Assembly (NCBI GenBank): GCA_977862235.1
Contig: OZ374565.1
Location: 1,116,001 to 1,180,000, forward strand
Source: Dudresnaya verticillata
Taxonomy: Eukaryota
Direction of reading: 5' to 3'
DNA length: 64,000 nt
Both the position numbers and the translations under genes were made by a program. Shown one piece after another: positions 1 to 13,459 of this stretch; positions within the stretch are counted from its first letter, which is position 1, and every line of letters starts with the position of its first letter. A model generated the notes under the pieces. That model saw nothing but the letters and a program-made list of their open reading frames with translations, was not told the origin of the DNA and did not search any database.

Positions 1-972
1 CGGCGCGACGCCCCACGCCACCCATGCCGGCCACCGTGTACCGTTGGTGCCACCCTCTGCCTCGACCAGCCCAAGCCCGGTATGGGCAACGAATACCATT
101 CCAAACGCCGCGGCCACACCTCCCTTCCCCCAAACCACGTCGCGCTCAGCCACGCTCACGGCCAGCACTGCCTGCTCCACAAGCAACGCGACAAACCTGG
201 CGCACCCGACCACGAGTGTGCCAGTATACCCACCCCTCCCCATTTCCTTCCCCGTTGCACCCGCAGCCTTCGACCCCACAATCTGACCAACAAACGCTAG
301 CCACGCAGCTTGTAACATTATATGACCCATGCCCAACCCGACGGCTCCGGCCAGACAGAAGCTTATTACGTTACGCACCGACGGCTCATAGACGACAACC
401 GTGCCCTCTGCATTGCGATCTGTTTGCATTGCGATGTGCCCTGTGGTCAGCAACCGCAGTATTAGGGCCTCTGCCACAGCGGGGATGACAACCGTCGTAC
501 CCAACATCTCCGCCTGCCCGGCGTTGGTCTTGAGAAACTCTTTCATGCGGTTCTTCAACTGCTCCGACCGAGCCTGCACGACGGCCGGGTCGGAATCAGC
601 ATCTGCAAACACGTCCGTAAGGCCGTTGATGTACAATAGTGCCACGAAGATAATGCCCGTCGCAATCGACTGTACCAGCATCTGCAGCGGCGCGGCGAAG
701 AGAAAGGCTTGGAGCAAGCGACTGCGCAGCTTTTCCTGTTGAGCCGGTTTGTGCACGTGGCGGGCAAGAAGGACGTAGAGAACGGCCAGCGGCAGTAGCA
801 GCACGAACGACAACGTCAATGCACGCAGCGGTGAAACGAAAAGCGTGACGAACACGACGGCAGCGCTTAGCCACACGGCGTGCGACGTAGACAGGGACTT
901 GATGGTTGGGCCGCGAGGTGCGTCCCGCCACGTCGGCCGGGGCGGCAGCGACTCCGTCTCCGCCGGGTCCAT
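1..972 (-). CDS. Multi-pass membrane protein, PrsW-like (degenerate), paralog B, left copy; 3' end runs off the window
   Basis: Reverse complement of 24936-25907 (ATG at 972, MDPAETESLPPRPTW...). The two coding differences I spotted are synonymous. Confidence 0.75.
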   Translation of the reverse strand, partial: MDPAETESLPPRPTWRDAPRGPTIKSLSTSHAVWLSAAVVFVTLFVSPLRALTLSFVLLLPLAVLYVLLARHVHKPAQQEKLRSRLLQAFLFAAPLQMLVQSIATGIIFVALLYINGLTDVFADADSDPAVVQARSEQLKNRMKEFLKTNAGQAEMLGTTVVIPAVAEALILRLLTTGHIAMQTDRNAEGTVVVYEPSVRNVISFCLAGAVGLGMGHIMLQAAWLAFVGQIVGSKAAGATGKEMGRGGYTGTLVVGCARFVALLVEQAVLAVSVAERDVVWGKGGVAAAFGMVFVAHTGLGLVEAEGGTNGTRWPAWVAWGVAP

Positions 973-1348
973 GTCCGCTGGCGAGGATGGGCGGGGTGCA
1001 GTGGAGAGGTTGCGACAGGCGCCCCCGTCGCCGAACAGCTCCGCCGCAAAGGGCCTTCCTTGTCAAGTTGACTGCCCTGCGGAGCCAGCCGCGGCCTTTG
1101 CCATGTCAGGGCGGGACCTCGAGTCGGCACCAAGAAGGCTATGAGGAATGGCTGGAGGCACCATTGCCGGGGAGGTTTGGATCTCTGAAGGGCGTTGAAC
1201 CACCGGCAGTTGGGCAACTGCCTAAAACATGCCACATTCGCGTATTCGGCTGCGGGTGGTGGCGCTACAAATGCTCTGACTGTAATTCTCGAGGCCGCAG
1301 TGCCCCACGACCTCAAAAACTCGCGTTTATTCAAAAAACTTCACTGCG

Positions 1349-2425
1349 CTACGCTGCACCCAAACGTTGTCGGGAGCCCTCCTCCGCAAATGCCCTTCGG
1401 TATCTATTCCACGCCCACCGTCCCAACGCTGCCACTATGCCCACGTAAACCAACGGCAGGACGCCCCATGCCACCCAAGCCGGCCACTGCTTACCATACA
1501 GGCCGCGCACCACCTCGACCAGCTCGATCCCGATGTGCGCGACGAAGACCACTCCAAACGCCGCGGCCACGCCTCCTTTCCCCCAAACCGCGTCGCGCTC
1601 AGCCACGCTCACGGCCAGCACTGCCTGCTCCGCTAGCAACGCGACAAACCTGGCGCACCCGGACACGAGCGAGCCGAAGAACCCAACCTGGCCCAGGGCC
1701 TTCGCGGCTGCAAGGACATCCACCGTCCCCACAATCCGAGTCGCAAACGTTAGCACCGCGGCGCGTGCCGCCGTGTGACCCATGCCGAGCCCGACTGCCC
1801 CGACCATACAGTAGCTCACCACGCTATCAACCGACGGGTCATTGATGACAACCACTCCCTCTGTGTTGCGCTCAGCTTGCATTGTCATTTGCCCTGTGGT
1901 CAGCAGGAGCAGCGTCAGCGCTTGTACTAGGGCAGTGATACCGACCGTCACGCCTATCAGCTCCGCATGCCCGACGTTGCTCTTGAAAAACTTTTCCCAG
2001 GCCTTGTTAATGCTCTCCGACTGAGACTGTGCAGCGGCCGAGCCGGACTCCGCTAAAGGGGACTTGTCCAAAAGGACGTTGAAGTAAATTATCACGTCGA
2101 TGGCAATGCCCATTGTGATCGATACAACCAGCAGCTGCAGTGCGGGTGCGAAGAGAGAAGAATAGAGCAAGCGCCTGCGCAGGGCTGCCTGTTGGGATGG
2201 CTTGGGTGCATGGCGAGCAAGCAGAACATAGAGTACGGCCAGCTGCAGTAGAAACACGAAGAACGACGCCAACGCATACAACGGCATAAAGAAAAGTGCG
2301 AACAATAACGCCGCCGCGCATAGCCACACTGTGTGCGACATTGACAAAGCCTTGACGGTCGGGCCACGAGGCGCGTCCTGCCAGGTTGATGCGGACGGCA
2401 GCAGGTTGGCCTCTGCCGGATCCAT
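1349..2425 (-). CDS. Multi-pass membrane protein, PrsW-like (degenerate), paralog A, left copy
   Basis: 358-aa ORF with many hydrophobic segments; protein identical to 23483-24559. Confidence 0.8.
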   Translation of the reverse strand: MDPAEANLLPSASTWQDAPRGPTVKALSMSHTVWLCAAALLFALFFMPLYALASFFVFLLQLAVLYVLLARHAPKPSQQAALRRRLLYSSLFAPALQLLVVSITMGIAIDVIIYFNVLLDKSPLAESGSAAAQSQSESINKAWEKFFKSNVGHAELIGVTVGITALVQALTLLLLTTGQMTMQAERNTEGVVVINDPSVDSVVSYCMVGAVGLGMGHTAARAAVLTFATRIVGTVDVLAAAKALGQVGFFGSLVSGCARFVALLAEQAVLAVSVAERDAVWGKGGVAAAFGVVFVAHIGIELVEVVRGLYGKQWPAWVAWGVLPLVYVGIVAALGRWAWNRYRRAFAEEGSRQRLGAA

Positions 2426-2663
2426 GTCTGGTGGTGAGGATGTGAGCGGGAAGGGAGAGCTCCAAGTAGTTAGGAACTGGGCGTTTGCAAAAGGCGTGGA
2501 TGCTTACCGCCAAACCTCCCAAAGCCTGAAACCAGGTTTTCGAAGAAGCCCCACTGCGAATTCAGTTTTGGGACCCCTGGCAGCAGTATCGAGCTGACCC
2601 AAGGTCGCTCCAGCTCACCCTGACTGGCGTTGAGCCAAGCATAGTTGAACAAGTTGGACTGCA

Positions 2664-2717
2664 ATGGAAGAATTGTTGTGACTTCCTGCCATGGAAGAAT
2701 TGTTGTGACTTGCTGCC
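2664..2717. repeat. 27-bp tandem repeat, 2 units
   Basis: atggaagaattgttgtgactt(c/g)ctgcc x2; the right arm has 3 units. Confidence 0.9.
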
Positions 2718-2983
2718 ACGTTTTTGGAAACGTGTAGGAGGTACTGTAATCGCGTCTGCCTGTAATGATGCTCTCCAGAGAGAGAGAGAGCCGCCGATGC
2801 TGCTGCCGGCCCATGGTCAAGCAACCGGAGAAAGCACCTCCAGCAGCTATGGTGGTAATGGAACCACCGGTTGTTTGCTTTTGTCGCCGCCGACTGGTCA
2901 TCACGGCATCAGCATCGCCACAACACGCAAAGCGAGGCGCCAAGTCGAAGGAAGCCGAAGGAAGCAACAAAAGCCGTTTGCAC

Positions 2984-3763
<780 letters not shown>

Positions 3764-3908
3764 GTCATCCGCATTGCACCATCTTCATCTCTCCCGTGCG
3801 CTAACTCCATTCCTCCTACCATCCATACATTCTCCCATACCAGTGAAGACACCCGGCGAATTGACCTCCGCGACATGCTCAATGCTCCCGCCCGCCCCTC
3901 TCACAGTA

Positions 3909-6238
3909 CATTTTGGAATATAGTGTGATGAATCATAGGCCATCGTTGTCGATGCTGACTCACTTCAAATCACCATCATCATCAGCAGGTCACCGTGGAA
4001 TCCTTGGTCCCTCTACATACCGCACTAATGGTTTTGATGCACCATTTTTATCAGTAGAAAAATACCACTGAACCACTGCGGCTGGCATCCTTAAACAGCA
4101 CAGACTCGTCCCGACTCTCAATGCGGAGAATCGCCAGACTCCGAGCATTGTTCAGATTCCCTCCCCCGTTGCTCAGACAAGCAGCAATACAAACCAAGTG
4201 GATCACTGCACTCTCCAAACTCTCCAGAAGCCATCTCCCATCAGCGTGGCATGCCAAGGAAACTATGCGTGCCTTACGGAGTCTTCCGGAGATGGAACAA
4301 ACCCTAACACCCACGCCACATCCTGTCATCCAGGCGCGGATCCTTGCCGCATGGAAGTCGGCCGTCGCAGGCCGGCGGTCTGCGCCGGTCTAAAATACAT
4401 CGTCCCTACGCCCCGCGCTCAGGCTTTCTAACCACCGCGACCGTAAGCTTGCGGTTCGGTGGCATCTTGGCACCTTCCCAATTCCACCCTCTTGCGCAGT
4501 CACTCGTTCAGAACTTCGTGAACAAGCCGCAGTCCTTCGAAAATTGTCACACCCCGCGAGCAGCCCCTCAGACCTTACCGCTATCTCCACCGCCATTGAC
4601 AAAATCCCCCGACTATGCGCACAAGATCATCCACCCCCCCGTCCCCCACCGCCATACTGTGCCCTCGTGAAAGATAGCCCATAGTCCCATAGCACGCAAC
4701 AAGACATATATACATAAGTCCACGAGCCCCTTTTTTGCGGACCCTCAAGTGCGCCTGCACATGGGCCTAAGCTGCCCGCGTAGGACCACTATAAACAACA
4801 ATTAAAGAACAACATCACAGACTGGTCACGTGAAACACGTCGAGAAGAGCTTTTAAAAACTCACTTCAGCTGGAATCCTCAGAGGATGTACGGGAGTGCG
4901 ATTGAGACGAGGGGTGTTTCGAGTAGTGTTGTCAATCAGGTAGATGTGCAGTGGGGAAGAGTTCAAAAAGAGCTTTAAGACCATGGTGAAGGCCCATAAT
5001 TGCAACAAAGAACCAATCTACGACGCTTCGAAAATACCACGGGCTGGTGCTATGCCCAGAACGAGGGAGTGCTGCCAGCTTCACATCGGGCCAGAGAGCG
5101 ATGTATGAGTGGCAGAGATTGCGACATCCTTTGGAGAGAGGTACCATCTAAAGGGTATCACGAAGGCTCACAGATGTCCGTCGGAGAGCTTGAATCGGTC
5201 TGAATCTCCCACTTTGCGGCGTTCATTGGATGGTTCCATACAAGGTCTTGGCCCGGCCAATGCGCCCTGCAATTGCTTCGACGTGGTGCATTGCTGGTGC
5301 CATTGATCGGTTGAAATACTTACAGTCATTATTACAGTCCTTCGCGCTGTTCTCTCTGACAAAGCACAACAACGCGGAAGGAGCGGCGGCGGTTTGGCAG
5401 CGAGTTGCACTGTTGAGTCTCGCGAAAGTTAGTAGTGAGTTCAGTTCGCAGTGGGAAGCGGCTGCGATCTTTCGATATTACGACCTCACAAGAGCACACA
5501 ATAACCCGTGGGAGAAAGCACAGGAGGCATGCCGTCGCGAAAAGCAAGTCGAGAGCCGCTCGGCACTGTGTCAAGATTGAGAGAGATCTGGCAGAAGATT
5601 TGTAACGGGACGGGCCTCCAAATGAAAATGCTAAGTTTACCACGAGGTCAGCTCATGTTGTGAATGGATGAGTGTGGAGTCTGGAAACCGCTATCGCTGC
5701 GGTAGAGTAGCTATGTTAAGAGTGCTGTGGAATCAGTCTTTCCCACTCTCATCCGACACACCACATGTTGGGCGTACCCATAGTGTGTGTATCATGAACG
5801 ACAGTACACTTTACTATTGCATGGCTCCCTACGCGTACATACTGCGGTTGTCTTCTTGCGATAAGAATTCGAGCTGGGACCTATCAACGATTCAACTCAA
5901 TATGGCGACGACGTCGACAATAATGACATGCGCAATACCATGCCGCAACAGAACCAACCGAGCAGATTCGATATGCTCCAGTGCCGAATCTAGCCTGAGA
6001 TACGCGACAAGAATGAGCCCAACAGCCTGAGTTGCAGCTGTTTTCTGGAACAAGCGCGTAAAGCTCAGTCACGCCCATGCTGACTATCCCTTACCGTGCC
6101 CACAATACGAAGAAAGAGACCACGTCAAGCATCGTCGTGTAGATAAATTCATGCTGCGTTGGCAAAGCTGCGCTATCCCCGAAACCAAGAGACGCGATTG
6201 TGTTTTGCTCCGTACCAGACAAACCAAGACCAATTACA
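3909..6238. repeat. Diverged repeat 'X' (decayed gene or element); inverted partner 27681-29464
   Basis: Colinear similarity in reverse complement, e.g. ORFs 5230..5580 vs 28376..28744 and 5668..6030 vs 27943..28269; many substitutions, stops and indels. Confidence 0.9.
4107..4815 (+). mobile_element. 5'-truncated non-LTR retrotransposon (LINE) 3' fragment
   Basis: Absent from the partner repeat (~29150-29165). Flanked by the direct repeat cacagact (4099-4106, 4816-4823), has an A-rich 3' end, and encodes PALRLSNHRDRKLAVRWHLGTFP, resembling a LINE ORF2 C-terminus. Confidence 0.75.
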
Positions 6239-6810
6239 GTGGAATCTCTGTAATTGCAACCCCTGATAAGCGCAACCACGCGTTTGCTGCAACCGAACCC
6301 CATCCACCGTTTTGGTGCCTCCCCAAAAGTAACTAAGAAACAGGATTGTTGCAAATCCCGTTTGCTGCAACTGTCGAAGACGATGCTCGAACGTCAAAAC
6401 TGCTCTTTTCACCGCTACTGACCGTGTACAGTGGCGAGTCGCTACTGGCGACCGTCCCTCATTGCATTGCTTTCTTCCCCACTTTTTTTATGTTTGCAGT
6501 GTATCAACACGATTTGGTTCGAAATAGATACTAGAGTCATTGTACCGACTATCTGCTATGGTGTACCTTAACTGTTTATTGGGCCTATTGTCTAGAAGAT
6601 TTAAAGTATTAACTTGAGGCAGAGAAATTCAAGGCTGTTCATGGTAGGGACTTGGTGTGCAAAGGCTTCGGAAGACAAATCCAGTGTGTCGCCTCGATCG
6701 ACAGAGTGCTTATACATACAATGTACTGATGGTAACCCTCACATTGATAGCCTCCGGTTCACTTCCACACTTGCGAGCATTTCCGTCTGTTCGACACGAA
6801 AATGCATCAC

Positions 6811-7290
6811 TTACTGGGAGGTGATGCAGCATCCAGATCCGGGCGTCGAGCAACCCTGAGAAACAAACGGCTTGAGGTTATCAGCGCAGGCAGCCTCGGA
6901 AACACAAACACCTGTGTAAGTCCCAAAGCGCCCCGTGAAAGAGCATTTATCACCTGCGAGCGGGAGCTTCGGGCGGCAACATTGAATGAAAGACGGGCCG
7001 GGGCAGTTGCCCTTGCTGGGGGAGCGGAGTTCTTGCAGACAGGAGGTGGTGTCCACGCAGAACCCGCTTCGAGAATCTGCCAAGCAGGGCTCTGGCTGAT
7101 AGCCGGGGCAGCAGGTCACGGTCGGCGAGAAGCGACAGAAAGCGGTCGGGTCAGGCGTTTTGGACTGCGCTGTGCAGGCTTCTGACGGGACGCAGAAGCC
7201 CGCCTGGCCGTTTGACAGGCAGGATACGGCGAAGACCTGGTTGAGGGCCATGGAGAGCAGGATGGTGGCGGCGGCGAGTTTGGAGTTCAT
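6811..7290 (-). CDS. Small secreted protein with three 6-Cys modules
   Basis: Signal peptide MNSKLAAATILLSMALNQVFA; three C-x-GxCV-x4-C-x-C-x-CC modules. Confidence 0.88.
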   Translation of the reverse strand: MNSKLAAATILLSMALNQVFAVSCLSNGQAGFCVPSEACTAQSKTPDPTAFCRFSPTVTCCPGYQPEPCLADSRSGFCVDTTSCLQELRSPSKGNCPGPSFIQCCRPKLPLAGDKCSFTGRFGTYTGVCVSEAACADNLKPFVSQGCSTPGSGCCITSQ

Positions 7291-10200
7291 TGTGGTTGAG
7301 ATCTTGGTTGCAAAGTTGGTGTAGATGGCAGTTCTAATGATGTGAGGAAGTGTTTGTGTGGAGCGGATGGGTAGGGATGGAGAGGTGAGGGACGGAGCTG
7401 TGCGCTATTTGTACTCTCCAGATAGACAGAAGTGCTTGATATTCTCATCCAAAAAAACAGCGACGTGTAGCGGAACGCCAGTAAAGAGCAATTCATTTGC
7501 CGAGATAGACATAGAGTGGAAGTGTGGTTATCACAGAATCGATTGCTGGGCGTGCTGCACAAATGGGTGACGCGGATTGCGGCATGTTAGTGAAGGAAAA
7601 ATGGCGGGACTAGGGTTTGTCCAGCAAAGCGGGCGAGGCGTCGTTTCCCGTACAAGTAGTAGGGGGATTATAGACCTGTATTAGGTATGAATCAGGTGCC
7701 GTTGAAAACATGTGCCATGGCGTACGTTTCCGGGACCGGGCTTTGCTTCTAGCTCTGAAACAAAGATCTGCACGCCCAGTGCGTGCAGAGGAGAGAGGGA
7801 AGGTGCCCATAGGGCATTGACACTACACGGCACAGTACTTAAACGTTTATACTGGTGAAGGTTTATGCAAGGCGGCATGCTGCCGTACGTCAGTAATGAC
7901 AGACTATTAATTATTGATATAGATGGTCCTACCCGGGAGGGAACGGCCCATGAGAAGGAACACCCCTCGGCGTGGCGGGCAGAAACAACAATAATGGGCT
8001 TGGAGTGACGTAAGTCGCGAGAAGCATTGGTCTCTTTAAGATACTGAGCTGTGACAGGCTCAGGGCCGAGGTAGGCTGTAACACATAGCAAGCGGATGGC
8101 GATGGCTGAGTGGGCGACTGCGCCAGAACATCATGTGCGGACTGTAAACGAATTGTGTAGCTCAGCAAACGCTAAAACTAGAAAGTGCAAAGAAGAGGCT
8201 TTTCAAGGCTCCAACTAGCGCCGCAGCTCCCTGTCCACACACAACGCTGGTCTCAAGCGTGCGTGTGTACGCCACGGCAGCAAGCTGTTTACATAATGAG
8301 TATAGCTGCCCCTTTTTCTTTTCATTTTCAACACGGCGCTCGATCACGGCGCGCCGCCATAACGACCAGCGGTCCTTCGGGCCAATCATCATGCATCATT
8401 TTGGCGCACGTGCCGCCATGGCATGACCAACGCCAAAACCCTCTCCCTCTGCGACTCTTCTATTGCGATGGGATTACATCCCAACCACGCCTCCTCCAAC
8501 CCTCCTCCTGCGCTACCTGGCGCACGAGGAGCCGCCAGCATAACCTGCATATCTATTCGAACAGTGCCATGCGCGTATCAGGATCAGGACTCATCAATGT
8601 GACGCCAGGGGGCTGTTTGCTGAGGGGGTTCGGGTCCGTCTGTGCCGTGTCAATTCCTTTGCATGCTGCTTTGGGACAAATCCACATGTTATGTTCGAAC
8701 GGTTGCAAACACCAGAAAGGTCATTCTAATATGTTCCTTTCGTTGCTGTGGAGCCCCGACCCCAGATAAACGTTTTGAACAGAAACGCTCGCAACGGATA
8801 GTCCCCTAGATCAGCAGAAACCCATGCGTCATGGCTGAGGCATGTTAGGCTTGCAATTCAACTCAGTCAATGTTTGTTCCGGATTGCCATAGAGACAGCG
8901 CTGCCAACTCCCCAATACAGTAATAGACCTGAACGACGCTTCAAAGCACATACTCTTCTTCATAATGCGCACGTCGTCCCAGTCCAGTCCACATCTCCTA
9001 GTGCACCCCTTACTTATAACATGCCAACTTCAACTTTCCATTCACTGACGCTTGTCTTCATATATCAGCGAATTTTCTGTGGGGGGTCGCGAGGGGCTTT
9101 TCCTTGAGCAGTATCGCACCCGCCGTATAATGATTACAGGCCAGCGGACTCTGCAGCAGTGAAGCACAAGCTACTTGTTTAAACTCTGAAATGTTCATTT
9201 TAAGCGACTTGTACCAATGATACGTGGACTGGAATTGTAACCAGCAGCACCCAATAGTGCATTTATCCTCCTATCTTTTGAACGAAAGATATTAGTTCTC
9301 CTTGCTCTAAAACATTTACATAGCAGCCATGCAGTACAGCTAGACTAGAAGGCCAGTACAGATGACTATTTTCCGCCTAGTAATCCAACTGTATAGTCCA
9401 AGTATAGTCCAAGTGAAGCCAAGTCTGATTCCCGATGTCGCGCGAATGTATATTCCTAGGACGGCCAGAGCTCCTCTCAAGACTCTGTAGAGTTCTCATA
9501 TTTTAGTGCATGAGGCTGAGTATTGTGGGATGTTCTCTAATGCGCGTGTTGAAAAATTAGTAATGAATATGCGGTCGAACTTGTCGTGCAGGACGAAGTC
9601 GCAGTCCATAGATCATAGGACTTTGGATCACCACGGTCTTCCTCTCAGAGTCATTTCAGCTCTTCTTATCGGTTTTTAGCATGAACATAATCCATCCAGC
9701 TCTGAAATCTGCTTTAGTTCGAGCTCAGGAATTGTTTTCAACCCTATCAATTTCATTTAATTTGAGTAAAGGATAAAATCACTTTTAACAAGATAAGAAG
9801 GGGAAATGAATAATCTCGTATTGTCTGGCCTGTAGCGCTGAAAAATGTGGTGATTATTCTGGGAAGCGCGCACGGAATAATTTATCAACAAGAAAATAAG
9901 ACTAGCCTGTACAGGCGGGACTGTCCAAATATGAAAAGCTTCCTGGGTTCTAGGAGACGAGGAGGAGAATCACATGAAAGTTCCAGGTTTATTTCTGTCG
10001 AAACAGTTTGAAAAGTACAAAGCGTTCTTTATTTGTTACCCTTGACAGCAGTCCAAATATGATTTGGCCATCATCACAAGTATCCGGTCCACACCTGGCT
10101 CCAAACAATACAGCAGCAACGTCCTAATAAATTCATTTAGATCATTCTCAAAAAACTTTGGGCTTGGGAGGTTCTATTCTACAGGCAGTTAGGCATACGT

Positions 10201-11650
10201 GCGTTATAAGAAAATAACTATAACTGCTCGAATAAATCGTGTTCTGCTCAAAGCGATTCAGAATGTAAAACATCCAGAGCATGATAGACTGCGATCCGTA
10301 ACTCCATGAAGGATAAAAATAGGTGAAAGAGAGGGTGATAGTCAATATTGACGCTTCTCGCGCTTGGTGTAATGTCTGGATGTAATCAGTGGGTGAAGTA
10401 TAATATTTGATACACAGCCCTCTTTAAGGAATATGCCGAGTGTCCTCCAGCTTGGGGTGACAGAAGTATGCATACAACTGCCAACCCAGGAAAAATACTT
10501 TGAAGGAATATTGAATAAACAATAGATTAAGTTTGACACTCTTCTTCACATGTGCAATTAGTTTGAAGAAGTAATCATGGCTCTAAATGCTGTAGTTCCA
10601 AAGCCTTGTTTTGAAGGTTGGATATGTGCTAGCCGCTCACCATCGGCGCGATGCAGTACATTTACCCGATTGGATCTTTTGAGAGCGTCTGCGCCGTCTT
10701 CTGTCGCCGATTTTCCACTCCCGAGAAGTCTACTGCAAGATGCAGAATTAAGAGGAGTGAGGGAACGTTGCGGAAGTTCGGTAGTGCTCAGCAGTTCATT
10801 CATTGGAAGTAATTGTGGAAGGTATCGAATACGCCAATGTCGTAACCAAACAATAAAATTACATCTCCCACAACCGATCGATAATTCTAGTCGTCAGCAT
10901 TATTGGTCAGGATCTAAAATAGTGAGTGTATGCTGGTACGTGAATAGACTGCTGTGGAGTATTATGGAAGTCTTACTTCCCACTTTCTGCTGACGTCCTG
11001 CATTCCACAGAACAAGTCTAGTATTTTTGGATTTGGATTCTACAAGTGATTCCTACGACTCTTTCTGGGCGTAAATAGGAGTTTTCAAACAAGTTTGATT
11101 GAACCTTCGCATTTGCAGATGTTGTCTGGTTCAAAATTGCATGATCTCATCGGTTTGCTGGTCTTCGGAGTACACAAAACGCATTCATGTCTTCACGAGA
11201 GCGGCAGGGCAGTTTTCATGTTTAAGTTACAGCTGTAAAACATTCTCGTGAGCTGTAACTACAGCTCACGGGGAGAACACGTTGCGGCACACCATTGTGC
11301 CTCGAAATCAAGTTTCTAACTCGCGACATACATGGCATTATTACTTCACACCAGACACCGCTAACCAGCTCTCGGTGCTGCTCATTCCGAGGTTCGCGTA
11401 ATTGGAAGTCGCCTTAGCTCTTCCCGATAAGGAGTCCGTGTGGTAGACGTCTAGCTACCATTGGAACCACTATTTTATGTAATCAGTATTTTATTTTTCA
11501 ATCCGCTGTCATAGCCAACCTGCGTACCAGAATCTACATCAGTAACAGCACCATACTCGAAGTAGCTCTCATCATTTCTTTAACATCGTCCTAGTAAAAT
11601 ACTTATCACCTCGCATTTTCAGCGGCGCTCTTCCTGCTTCAACACAGAGT

Positions 11651-11705
11651 TTGGGTATACAGGTTGGGTATACAGGTTGGGTATACAGGTTGGGTATACA
11701 GGTTG
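11651..11705. repeat. 13-bp tandem repeat (TTGGGTATACAGG)x4
   Basis: Four perfect units read directly. Confidence 0.95.
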
Positions 11706-12802
11706 ACCTCTCACATGAATCTGTTTCACTCGTCAACGAAATCCACGCGAAATGTTCATGATACCGCAACTCCGTAGCGCCCGAAAATATTCTTGATTCC
11801 TCACTTTCTGAGATCGGCAAAAAATTCACCGCTTTGGTTCGGTATGTCAACGCAAGCAGAACCATGTACGTTCGAGGGAATCACAATCTATAATGCACTT
11901 TAATACCACACCTTAAAAATGGGATGTCCAAATGAACGTAGGGCAATACATTTTACGCAACCAGAGAAGGAACGTGTAATATTCGTCAATGCTTCAGTAA
12001 GGGCATTTTCTTTTGTCCGACTTGGATATTTTTGCCCTTTCGAGTAGTTTTACTTTCTCGCTTCCAAAAAGAAAGAGGCAACAGTCCCATAATTATAGCA
12101 GAAGTCTCAGAAAATACCTCATGCCCATGCCGTTCTCTTCCATATCTCATGAAGTTGTCTCGCAAACGTACCATTTTTGTTAGCGATGAACTGTCCGGAC
12201 CGATCCTCAACTGTTCCTTCCCTTCTATATTCCATAAGAATAGAAAGGACTGGCACCTCATGGGCACATTGAGTAAAAACTAGATGTTGGAAAAATAATA
12301 TTATCTTTTGCAAGCACAATCCCGGTTTGCATGGCTCTGGCTGGGGAGCGGCAACCTGGTAGCTCTCAGCCAATTGTTTGGATAACTATTTGATGCCCCC
12401 TTTATAAAATTTTCTATGGCATTGTATTGCCACTCTTCCTCTTTGTCCTGTCGAGCGGGGCGAAGGTCAGCAACGAATAAAAATAAAACATCTCAACATT
12501 CGTGTTTGGTGATACATGTGGTGAGTATGCCCCATGTAAATGCTTTTGGAATTGCTCAATTCAACGACAGTTCGTTTCCAACAATTTCGACTTACCGCAA
12601 CGCGTACCAAAGGGAGCTGCAATTGTGTAGAGTGGTCTGGAGCAGGGGGATGTGTCGGAGCGCTATAAGTTTTCTAGGATCGGCTACTTTCTGCAAGCAA
12701 AGCAAGCAGCCAGTTGAGAGTTCGCTTCTTCATAGTCAAAAAGTGTCTTGTTCGGGACAGCCAGGCTCTAGCTCGTCTGGCCTACTTTGCAGTTCTTGTC
12801 GG

Positions 12803-12918
12803 ATGCAATCTCAAGCTCTCGTCCTCATTCTCTCTGTGGCTGCACTCGGCTCATTGATTTTGCAATGCTATGGCTCTACTGAAAACACTAACGTGAGGGA
12901 TGTTCCTAGCCTTGGCAG
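12803..12918 (+). pseudogene. 5' part (signal peptide) of a secreted Cys-rich gene interrupted by the LTR retrotransposon
   Basis: MQSQALVLILSVAALGSLILQCYG...; joins in frame to 18750-19245 once the element and one TSD copy are removed. Confidence 0.85.
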
Positions 12919-13422
12919 TGTGAATTCCTGGGAGAGGAGCACCGTCGCGGTGGGTGGCGTTGCCCCTCCGCTCGGTCAGTTCGCCGAGAGAGGGCTGCCT
13001 TTATTGAGAACGCGGCTCGCGTTCTGCTACCAAAGACAGGGGACTGTGCCTCGCGCAGCGAGAAGCACAGGGACATCGACTTGCCGCGTATACCGTGGGC
13101 CGCAGGCCACATGAAACGCCGGGTCGGTGCTGTGGCGTAGGGACACGCCCGTGATCTCATTCTGGTTCCGTATCAGGCGCTGCCTGTCGACCAGAAGATT
13201 ATTACCAGCGCCTGGATAGATCCAGGAGACCTGATACTGCTTCACAACATCAGCCAAGCGGCTGCACGTGGTACCCGGTCGCAGACCTGGCGGCGCCACG
13301 TAGCCCAATGGCGCAGCCATTGTCCGCACAGCGGAATTTCAGGTCAGGAGCTAAACGGCGCAGCCGTTTCCGCGCAGCGGGTCCTGACCTGAATAGCACG
13401 TCGATAGCGCTCAGGTGTAACA
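12919..13422 (-). repeat. 3' LTR
   Basis: tgtgaattcc...gtgtaaca; about 5 substitutions versus the other LTR by eye. Confidence 0.96.
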
Positions 13423-13459
13423 GTGCCCCATGACCGAGATTGGCAGTTCGCCACCGAGG

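Noticed and set aside
9600..11200. Minus-strand relic of a multi-TM or ion-channel gene
   Set aside because: Hydrophobic fragments are present, but the S4-like reading needs frameshifts; too decayed to support.
12416..13114. 232-aa ORF as a real gene
   Set aside because: A chimera of upstream sequence, the knottin signal-peptide segment and LTR sequence.
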